DNA from: Parvibaculaceae bacterium
GTDB lineage: Bacteria; Pseudomonadota; Alphaproteobacteria; RS24; CBDDDD01
Assembly: GCA_965226465.1 (NCBI GenBank)
Contig: OZ245362.1
Span: 961,931 to 1,025,930, forward strand
Length of the DNA stretch: 64,000 bases
Direction: 5' to 3'
This document shows, piece by piece, positions 48,697-55,428 of the stretch. The notes beneath the pieces were generated by a model. The model had not been told where the DNA came from. It worked only from the letters and a program-made list of their open reading frames with translations, and ran no database searches. Position numbers and translations under genes: made by a program. The stretch's first letter is position 1, and each line of letters opens with the position of its first letter.

Positions 48697-49422
48697 ATGT
48701 TTACGCCAGAAGTTGCAAACAGGCTTGGCTCTTATGTCTATAGGCTGATTGATCCAAGAAATGGTCAAACATTTTATGTTGGTAAAGGCAAAGGAAATCG
48801 TGTTTTTTCTCACGCTAAGGGCGATATCGGAAAAGAGTCCGATGAGGTGAGCGACAAAATGAAACGAATCCAAGAGATTAAAAATGATGGTTTTGAAGTT
48901 TCGCATATTATTCATCGGCACGGCTTAGATGAAAAAACTGCTATTGAGGTAGAGGCGGCATTAATAGATGCCTATCCAGAAGTTACAAATAAAACCACAG
49001 GACATTATTCCAATGAGCGCGGCATTATGCACGCACAGCAAGTGGTTACTCAATACCAAGCAGAAGAGATACCCTTGTCCAAGCACAAAGTCCTCATGCT
49101 AAGCATTAATGAATCCGCTTCCGAAGCAAATGGTATATATGAAGCCACAAGATATGCTTGGAAGTTAGATGATAAAAGGGCTAAGGAAGCAGAGTTTATA
49201 TTGGCGTTGCAACAAGGTCTTGTCATAGGCGTGTTTATTGCAGAAGACTGGATGGAAGCTACACAGGAGAACTTTCCAGGAAGAGAAAGCATGCCAAAAA
49301 GATGGGGTTTCATCGGCAAAGAAGCAGATAAAGAGATACAAAATATCTACCTCAGAAAGAGATTGCCAGACGATATGAGAAAAAAAGGCGCCGCAAACCC
49401 CATTCGTTATTCATATAAATAA
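48697..49422 (+). CDS. GIY-YIG nuclease-domain protein with an uncharacterised C-terminal domain
   Basis: N-terminus SYVYRLIDPRNGQTFYVGKGKGNRVFSH fits a GIY-YIG variant. I do not recognise the C-terminal ~140 aa (ATRYAWKL...GLVIGVFIAEDW...NPIRYSY). Preceded by aggag. AT-rich. Confidence 0.6.
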   Translation: MFTPEVANRLGSYVYRLIDPRNGQTFYVGKGKGNRVFSHAKGDIGKESDEVSDKMKRIQEIKNDGFEVSHIIHRHGLDEKTAIEVEAALIDAYPEVTNKTTGHYSNERGIMHAQQVVTQYQAEEIPLSKHKVLMLSINESASEANGIYEATRYAWKLDDKRAKEAEFILALQQGLVIGVFIAEDWMEATQENFPGRESMPKRWGFIGKEADKEIQNIYLRKRLPDDMRKKGAANPIRYSYK

Positions 49423-49438
49423 AACCCCTACCCCCCTT

Positions 49439-49680
49439 CCATAAATAAAAATGCGCGCCCCTCAGGGCGCACTCCTAATCCCTCCCAACAAATCAAATAA
49501 TCTAGCCCTATAGAATTAGAGGCAGGCAGGGAGATGTTCCCTATCCCATAAATAAAATGCGCCCCCAAAGGGGGCACTTCAAATCCCCCCCTATTTTTTA
49601 ATAGGCATCACATGCCTATTAAAAAAGGGCGGAGGGGGGCTAGGGGGGTGTGGGCGGGGAAGCCCGCCAAAGGCGGGCTT
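49439..49680. repeat. Composite hairpin-repeat block, collinear with 3046-3338
   Basis: The units, in order, are:
- ccataaataaaaatgcgcgcccctcagggcgcactcctaatcc (49439-49481)
- cccataaataaaatgcgcccccaaagggggcacttc (49545-49580)
- cccccctattttttaataggcatcacatgcctattaaaaaaggg (49585-49629)
- ggggggctaggggggtgtgggcgggg (49634-49659)
- hairpin aagcccgccaaaggcgggctt (49660-49680)
On the minus strand, the hairpins followed by T-rich runs look like stacked terminators after the XRE gene. Confidence 0.85.
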
Positions 49681-49704
49681 ATAAAAAAGCAATGCATACC
49701 TAAT

Positions 49705-49926
49705 CTATAAAAGGTCTTTAATCTCCAGCCCCAGCGCATCAGCGATTTTTGCGATATTATGCAGGGAAACATTTTTTTCACCCCGCTCAATAGACCCCAT
49801 ATAGGTACGATGTACCCCCACCTCATGGGCAAATGCTTCCTGAGAATATCCCTGCTTCTCCCTAAGACTGCGGACACGCTTGCCAAAGTCCTTGCTTACA
49901 TTTCGCAGTTTTTTCGCTGTTACCAT
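49705..49926 (-). CDS. XRE-family HTH transcriptional regulator
   Basis: 73 aa with the classic Cro/CI HTH: LREKQGYSQEAFAHEVGVHRTYMGSIERGEKNVSLHNIAKIADAL. Confidence 0.85.
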   Translation of the reverse strand: MVTAKKLRNVSKDFGKRVRSLREKQGYSQEAFAHEVGVHRTYMGSIERGEKNVSLHNIAKIADALGLEIKDLL

Positions 49927-49943
49927 AGCTTCATAATGGTTTA

Positions 49944-49985
49944 TGCACTCTATAAATCCACACTCTCAAGAGTTGCACTCTATAA
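49944..49985. promoter_or_regulatory. Direct repeats TGCACTCTATAA (x2, 30 bp apart) in the XRE/OMP divergent intergenic region; candidate operator
   Basis: Copies lie at 49944-49955 and 49974-49985. Two further CTATAA cores lie near 50022 and 50035. Confidence 0.4.
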
Positions 49986-50079
49986 TCATCTTTTTTCTTG
50001 CCAAAAAATCCGATACAGACTATAAAGTGTCATACTATAACCATCTTATGAACAAACCATTACAAGAAGGGGGTTTCTC

Positions 50080-50634
50080 ATGTTTTCCATTCGTATTTAT
50101 TTATTCGCCTGTCTTTTCAGCTTTTTCTCTGCCATCACTATGGCACCGGCAAAAGCGGATTTTTATTTTGGTGCCTCGCTACACCAAACTACATTGGAAG
50201 ATTATGAAGCAGAATATACCTTTGATGAAGATGATAGTTCTGCAGGTTTCGGGCTTCTTATCGGCATGAAGATTAACGAGAAATTTTCCGTAGAGTTTGC
50301 CTATTCTGATTATGGAGATTATGGCTTTTCTATTTCTGATTTAAATAATGAAACAGTAAAAGTATCTGCTTCCCATGATGCGCTTAGCTTGTCCTTAAAA
50401 GCAAATATCCTACAAAAAGATAGTCTTAATGCCTATTTCAAATTAGGGCTGGCACAATGGGACCATTCCGTAACAGCAGGGGGAGAGCGTGCCAGTGAGG
50501 ATGGCACGGATATTCTTGTAGGTTTGAGCATTGAGAAACCCATAAATGAGAAGACAGGTCTTCTTTTAGGATATGAATATGTTGACGATGCCGAATCTCA
50601 CACCTTTGGACTTTCCATTATATTCCGCAGATAA
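50080..50634 (+). CDS. Small outer-membrane beta-barrel protein (OmpA-like/OmpW-like 8-strand type)
   Basis: Signal peptide MFSIRIYLFACLFSFFSAITMAPAKA, alternating hydrophobic beta-strand pattern, and a C-terminal aromatic end (GLSIIFRR). Preceded by aagggggt. Confidence 0.65.
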   Translation: MFSIRIYLFACLFSFFSAITMAPAKADFYFGASLHQTTLEDYEAEYTFDEDDSSAGFGLLIGMKINEKFSVEFAYSDYGDYGFSISDLNNETVKVSASHDALSLSLKANILQKDSLNAYFKLGLAQWDHSVTAGGERASEDGTDILVGLSIEKPINEKTGLLLGYEYVDDAESHTFGLSIIFRR

Positions 50635-50665
50635 TCTTTCCCTTCAACCTTCAATTTCAGCAGAA

Positions 50666-51259
50666 TTACCCTGCTGACATAATTCTCTTTTCTTCATCCG
50701 CAATTTTTGTTGTGGCTTTATTATAAAAATTAGATATGCGCTCCTTTAACATTTGCACTTTATGACGCAAGTCAATTTCTGCAGTAGCAGGCAGATCTCC
50801 GATTATATCTAGGACTGTGTCTTCAAACCGATCCAACTCATCTACTGAAAGAATAGTAACTGATTTATAGAAAGAAACTTTTTGCTTCAAATCTTCAAAA
50901 TAATCAGAAAAATCTATCTGGATATCCTCAATAAACTCAGGGAAAGATTCAGATTGAGCCTGACCTGATTTACTAATTTTCCGATTTATCCTTCTGTGTA
51001 TTTCATTAATTTTTTTAAGGTTATCCCGCATTGAATTCGCATAATCATCCTTAAATTGATTTAACTCCAAATTTTTTTTATGAAACCTTCTTCCTGCATA
51101 TAAATTATACACACTAAAGAAAAAATTTAATAAACCAAAAAACACTGCCACTGTGACGATCCAGGGTAAATCACCCTGAATGGTTTTATTCAACGAAATG
51201 TAGAAAACAATTGCAAGTGTGACAATCGGTACAATGAAAATAATGTTAAGAAATTTCAC
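50666..51259 (-). CDS. Hypothetical 2-TM membrane protein with a helical cytoplasmic tail (third gene of the operon)
   Basis: 197 aa. TM helices are FLNIIFIVPIVTLAIVFYISL and LPWIVTVAVFFGLLNFFFSVYNLY, followed by about 140 aa of charged, helical-looking sequence. It starts 3 nt after the upstream gene ends. Confidence 0.6.
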   Translation of the reverse strand: MKFLNIIFIVPIVTLAIVFYISLNKTIQGDLPWIVTVAVFFGLLNFFFSVYNLYAGRRFHKKNLELNQFKDDYANSMRDNLKKINEIHRRINRKISKSGQAQSESFPEFIEDIQIDFSDYFEDLKQKVSFYKSVTILSVDELDRFEDTVLDIIGDLPATAEIDLRHKVQMLKERISNFYNKATTKIADEEKRIMSAG

Positions 51260-51262
51260 TTT

Positions 51263-51571
51263 TCAATCCCACAAGCTAATAGCCAAATCAATATATCCAT
51301 CTATTCTGTCCATTATTGCCGGTGGAGCTTGAAAAATATATTTTTCTAGAAAAGCTCTTTTTCCACCACACTTTTTAATACTCTCAGAAAACAACCCTAA
51401 GAAAAATGAAGAGGAAAAAACAATAATATGATTTGGTATAATAACTTGCACTTCGTCTGGACTATTATCATATTTATCAATATTATAGTCTTTTCTGGTA
51501 GCCTCGCCCTTTGGCTTTCCAGACAACACACTAGCTTTACTTTTTATTACTATCTTAACACTATCCGCCAT
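51263..51571 (-). CDS. Small STAS-like (DUF4325-type) protein (second gene of the operon)
   Basis: 102 aa. The core EVQVIIPNHIIVFSSSFFLGLFSESIKK...YIFQAPPAIMDRI resembles the STAS-like partners found beside GHKL ATP-binding proteins. It overlaps the upstream gene by 11 nt. Assignment is from memory only. Confidence 0.5.
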   Translation of the reverse strand: MADSVKIVIKSKASVLSGKPKGEATRKDYNIDKYDNSPDEVQVIIPNHIIVFSSSFFLGLFSESIKKCGGKRAFLEKYIFQAPPAIMDRIDGYIDLAISLWD

Positions 51572-52979
51572 TTTTGCGCTCCATAGAATTATTGTTTAGT
51601 GCAAACCTTATTGATATAATGGTGCCAGGAAATCTAATATCTGTATCAAAAACATATTGCTTATCTGGAGCAATTTCAGGGTCATTTTCTGTATTAAAAT
51701 ATTGGCTCATTTTACCAGCCTTTTTGCCATCCACTTTTTTTCCGTTATGATACTTATCCTTAAGCATTATGCAAGAATTACCAGATATAATTGTAATTCT
51801 TGGTTTTGTTATAGAGTTTATATCTCCCAATTGGCTAGAAAAATTTGTCATTTGCATCATTCCAACTCCACCTTGAGATTCCCCCATGCGGCTTGTTATC
51901 CCATCCTGCAATGCAAATACTGTGGCTAACGTATCTTTAGAATGTGTTTTTGAGATATGTTTCTTACAGTATTTTTCTGTCATGTCTTTTATTTTTCCGC
52001 CTGCATCTAACAGGCTTTCAGCTATTGTACGCCCCAAACTGATAATAGACAAATGACAAAGATATTCATCTCCTCGCTTCGCCAAAAAGCCAGTAATATA
52101 CCAACCTCCATCATTTTCCTTAACAGTGCTGTGCCTTTGTGCGTTATCAAGAATCTCTGCTACTACACTGCCTAGCCAACTTTTTCCGCTACCAGTAAGT
52201 TTATAAGGGCTTGTAGTTTTCCCTAACCATTGATCAATAGCTTCTATAAGATTTTGAACAACTTTTTCCTGTTTTTGCCTTGCCTCAACTAACGAACCAT
52301 CTGTACGAGAGTGAGAATCTCTACTCTGCAACTTAAATGCCCAAACATCATCTCCCTTTAGCGTATCACTTTGCATACGCAAAAATTCCTTTAACTTTGT
52401 TGCTTCAATGACTTTCAACACAGGCCTCCTTATTTCCCCTCCTTGCATAAAATTCAACATTTTCTGCCTCATAACTCCCAAAACAAGATAAGGACCAACA
52501 TCGTATATATAATAATCCTCAAAGCTTACTCTTGCACTCAGCACCTCTAACTCAAGCTGTGCTAATCCCTTAAGCTGCTGAAGTGTCTCCCTCGGTTTAT
52601 CCAGAAAAGAAAACTCTTTAAGGCTTATTTCCTTTTTTTCTGTGCGTCCTTTACGCTTTCTCCATTGCTTTTTTCTGTCAGATATAAAAGCATCTAAAAT
52701 TTCTGATTCTTGAAATACAAGTTCCCTCTCTGGAGGAAAAAGAGGCTTATTATAGGGGTGAACAATTCTCTTAAGCCTTCTTCGCAAATTATTGGCATGA
52801 ACCTTGCTATGTCCATTTTCTATTGCCCTGTCATAAACATATTTCCGTAAATTACGAAATTCATGAGGACTCAGCTCTTGCAACATCTCTCTATCAGAAA
52901 GTTCAGATATACTAAGTGATTGCAGGTGTTCTGCTAATAAAGGTGATTGCTTCTTTTTATAATTAAATCTATCTGCCAT
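51561..52979 (-). CDS. GHKL (Bergerat-fold) ATPase/kinase-like protein with an unknown ~260-aa N-terminal domain (first gene of the operon)
   Basis: 472 aa. It carries N-box VVAEILDNAQRH (nt 52131-52166), G1-like SIISLGRTI, G2-like GESQGGVGMMQM and terminal strand FPGTIISIRF. I do not recognise the basic N-terminal half. Confidence 0.6.
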   Translation of the reverse strand: MADRFNYKKKQSPLLAEHLQSLSISELSDREMLQELSPHEFRNLRKYVYDRAIENGHSKVHANNLRRRLKRIVHPYNKPLFPPERELVFQESEILDAFISDRKKQWRKRKGRTEKKEISLKEFSFLDKPRETLQQLKGLAQLELEVLSARVSFEDYYIYDVGPYLVLGVMRQKMLNFMQGGEIRRPVLKVIEATKLKEFLRMQSDTLKGDDVWAFKLQSRDSHSRTDGSLVEARQKQEKVVQNLIEAIDQWLGKTTSPYKLTGSGKSWLGSVVAEILDNAQRHSTVKENDGGWYITGFLAKRGDEYLCHLSIISLGRTIAESLLDAGGKIKDMTEKYCKKHISKTHSKDTLATVFALQDGITSRMGESQGGVGMMQMTNFSSQLGDINSITKPRITIISGNSCIMLKDKYHNGKKVDGKKAGKMSQYFNTENDPEIAPDKQYVFDTDIRFPGTIISIRFALNNNSMERKNGG

Positions 52980-53004
52980 AGCTTATTCTTAATATTACTA
53001 AAAT

Positions 53005-53040
53005 CAAAAAAGAGATATGCGCATAAGCGCACTACCCCCT
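53005..53040 (-). terminator. Minus-strand intrinsic-terminator-like hairpin upstream of the GHKL gene; a member of the repeated atgcgc...gcgcact family
   Basis: The plus strand reads aaaaaagagatATGCGCataaGCGCActaccccc. On the minus strand the hairpin is followed by a T-rich run. Confidence 0.45.
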
Positions 53041-53150
53041 TCTCCGTTACAAGTAAAGTGATTCGCATATATAAATCATATCTTAGACATATTTTCCTGT
53101 TGATAACTTTTCCCTATAGGGGGAGCCGTCTTCTCCCCCACCCCCAATCC

Positions 53151-53186
53151 AAAAAAAAGCCTCCCCCGCCGAAGCAGAGGAGGCTT
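53151..53186 (-). terminator. Minus-strand intrinsic terminator
   Basis: The plus strand reads aaaaaaaAGCCTCCcccgccgaagcagaGGAGGCTt. On the minus strand an 8-bp GC-rich stem is followed by T8. Confidence 0.6.
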
Positions 53187-53220
53187 AGGGTCTAAATGTC
53201 CCATAAGAAATCACAGTATA

Positions 53221-53860
53221 CAACAAACCACCCCCAAACACAAATCTCAAAAACCACCCCCCACCCCCTCCTCAATCCCCCCGCTCTCCCTTCCCCCTCT
53301 TAATCTCCCCCCCTCCCCCTCTCCCCTCTCACTCCCACCCCTCCTTTTTCCCCTACTCCCCAAAAAACCCCCCTCCTTCCTCCCAACTCCTCCCCCGCTC
53401 CCCCCTCTCAATCCCCCCGCTCTCTCCGCCACTCCCATCCCCCCTTTTTCGCCCACCCCCCTTATTTCTCCTCCCCCTCCTCACCCCTCAAAACCCCAAA
53501 TCTCCCCTTTTCCTCTCCCCCTCCTCCCAAAAAATCCCCCTCGCCCCTCTTAAATCTCCCCCACCCCCCCAATTCTCCCGGCTCCGCCTCCCCAATTCCC
53601 CCGTCCCCGCGCGCCCTTTTCGCCCCTTCCCCCTTCTTTCTCCAATTCCCCCGCACCCACTCACCCTTTTTGCCCCTCCCGCACCCCCTTTTCGCCCTCC
53701 CCCTTCTTTCTCCCCCAAAATCCCTACCCCCCCTTCCTCTCCCCCCCTCAAAAACCCCCCTTCCTCGCCCCTCTCAATACCGCCCGCTCCCCCACTCCAC
53801 TTCCCCCGCGCCCGCACCCTCTCTTTTTTCACCCCTCCACATTTTTTATTCCTCAAAAAA
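53221..53860. repeat. ~640-bp strand-pure polypyrimidine (C/T-rich) low-complexity tract with degenerate internal repeats
   Basis: By manual count there are only about 24 G in 53221-53880, mostly in CG context. Internal repeats:
- ctcaatccccccgctct at 53271 and 53407, with a variant at 53773
- cccttttcgcccc(t)tcccccttctttctcc at 53614 and 53685
- aattcccccg at 53594 and 53644
- ctcttaa(a)tctccccc near 53297 and 53547. Confidence 0.9.
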
Positions 53861-53862
53861 AC

Positions 53863-53990
53863 ACAAAATCTTCATATTTCATGAAATTTATCTCTTTTTT
53901 ATGAAGTTTTATTAAATTTTCACTCATTTCCATTTCATATTATTCATATTTTATGAATTATACTTCATATTTCATGAACTATATGAACAT
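53863..53990. promoter_or_regulatory. AT-rich block with a repeated TTCATGAA-type palindrome and direct repeats; candidate operator/promoter array
   Basis: The 16-bp direct repeat cttcatatttcatgaa occurs at 53870-53885 and 53963-53978. A perfect palindrome atttcatgaaat lies at about 53877-53888. Further (t)tatgaa(n)t cores lie near 53900, 53952 and 53983. Confidence 0.45.
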
Positions 53991-54060
53991 ATATCCACAT
54001 CCTTCACACAACAAAACCTCTCTTGACATGAACTCAAAAAAAAGCTATTTTCCATTTATT

Positions 54061-54303
54061 ATGTTACAAACCTCGTCAGAAGTGATAGATGCGCTGGGCG
54101 GCACCCAGAAAGTAGCGGAAATGCTAGGCGTTGGCTCGTCTGCGGTTTCCAATTACCGCAAGCTCGGCTTTCCCCGCCGTACTCATTACACATTGGCAAA
54201 GGCGTGCCAGATAGCCAGCTTGCGCGTATCGGAGCAGCTTTTCGGCGCAAAACCGCAGATTTCCGCCCGCGCGCGCGGCACCACCAGCCTCGCCATAGAG
54301 GAT
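54061..54303 (+). CDS. Cro/YdaS-like HTH segment, in frame with and not separated by a stop from the hisZ core
   Basis: MLQTSSEVIDALGGTQKVAEMLGVGSSAVSNYRKLGFPRRTHYTLAKACQIASLRVSEQLF matches the ..GG...vA..LGVs.sAVS.w...g.P pattern of small Cro-like regulators. The ORF 53953-55428 is continuous. Confidence 0.4.
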
Positions 54304-55428
54304 ATGACCGGTCAGCTCGCCCAAGACATGCGGATAGGCAGCATATTTGATGCGGCGGGTTATGAGCGCATAGAGACGCCGATATTGCAGCCCGCCGAGC
54401 CATTTCTAAACCGCCTCGGCGAGACGATGCGGCGGCGCATGTATCTCTTCACCGACCCCGCCGGCGAAGCGCTTTGCCTGCGCCCCGACTTGACCGTGCC
54501 GACCTGCCGCTATTACCTCGCCCAATCCGACGCGGGCGAGGCGCGCCACTACCGCTATCAGGGCACGGCGTTTCGCTATCGCGGCAGCGGCACGGGCGAG
54601 GGCGAGGAGTTCACGCAGGCTGGCATTGAAAACATTGGCGGCGCCAACCCTGAGATAGAGGACGCCGAAGTTTTGGCGCTCACCGTAAACGCCGTCCACG
54701 CTGTCGGCGTTCAGGATTACACCCTGTTGCTGGGCGATATCGGGCTTTTCACGGCGCTCATTGACAGCCTGCCTTTGGCGGAAAGCTGGCGTTTTCGGCT
54801 CAAGCAGCGCTTTTCGCAAGCCGCATTATTTTCCAAGCTTCTGCAAGAAGGCAGCCGCGAAAATGGCAATGATGAGAGCGAGAGCGGGGATATTGTATCC
54901 GCTCTTTCCGATATGGATGAGCAAAATGCCCAGGCTCTCATTGCGGGCATATTGCAAATGGCGGGACTTGTTCCCGGTAGCGGCAGAGATATTCAGCATA
55001 CTGCGCAACGGTTTCTGGCACGCGCCCGCGATAAGGCGGATATTGCCCTTTCCAAAGAAGCGCTTGCCACCATAGAGGCTTTTCTCGCCATTGAGGTGCC
55101 AGCAGAAAAAGCAATGGATGAGCTTCGCGCGCTGGGAATGCCTACTGACAGCGCTTTTGGAAGCGCACTCTCCTCTATGGCACAGCGATTTGACGCCCTG
55201 GAAGGGCGCAATGTCAGCCTAGAAAATGCACGCTTCTCAGCACAAAGCGGACAGAAATTTGCCTATTATACCGGTTTCCTCTTTGAACTGAATATAAATG
55301 GAAAAAAAATTGGCGGCGGCGGTCGCTATGATAAATTATTAAAAAGCTTAGGAAGCGATAAAGATATTCCCGCCATTGGCGGCGCATTGTCTTTAGAAAG
55401 ACTATATGAGGCAGTCGGCAATGCGTAA
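54304..55428 (+). CDS. hisZ: ATP phosphoribosyltransferase regulatory subunit (HisRS paralogue); conservative core from ATG 54304
   Basis: It has a class II aaRS-like core (GYERIETPILQPAEPFL, LRPDLTVP, YRYQGTAFRY, GGGGRYD) but no anticodon-binding domain. Its stop overlaps the hisG start. Confidence 0.8.
   Translation: MTGQLAQDMRIGSIFDAAGYERIETPILQPAEPFLNRLGETMRRRMYLFTDPAGEALCLRPDLTVPTCRYYLAQSDAGEARHYRYQGTAFRYRGSGTGEGEEFTQAGIENIGGANPEIEDAEVLALTVNAVHAVGVQDYTLLLGDIGLFTALIDSLPLAESWRFRLKQRFSQAALFSKLLQEGSRENGNDESESGDIVSALSDMDEQNAQALIAGILQMAGLVPGSGRDIQHTAQRFLARARDKADIALSKEALATIEAFLAIEVPAEKAMDELRALGMPTDSAFGSALSSMAQRFDALEGRNVSLENARFSAQSGQKFAYYTGFLFELNINGKKIGGGGRYDKLLKSLGSDKDIPAIGGALSLERLYEAVGNA

Noticed and set aside
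49943-50269. 108-aa plus-strand ORF spanning the XRE/OMP intergenic region
   Set aside because: It is out of frame with, and overlaps, the better-supported OMP gene, which has a clear signal peptide and RBS. It covers the putative operator repeats.
53247-53856. Three minus-strand ORFs (69, 64 and 122 aa) encoding G/E/R/K-rich peptides across the polypyrimidine tract
   Set aside because: On a strand made almost only of G and A, stop codons are rare, so open frames arise by composition alone. The frames are mutually inconsistent and one starts at TTG. There is no RBS and no recognisable domain.
53990-54003. DnaA-box-like tatatccaca inside an AT-rich region, as a possible replication origin
   Set aside because: It is a single imperfect box (8 of 9 positions) with no cluster of boxes. 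The gene neighbourhood is not typical of an alphaproteobacterial oriC.
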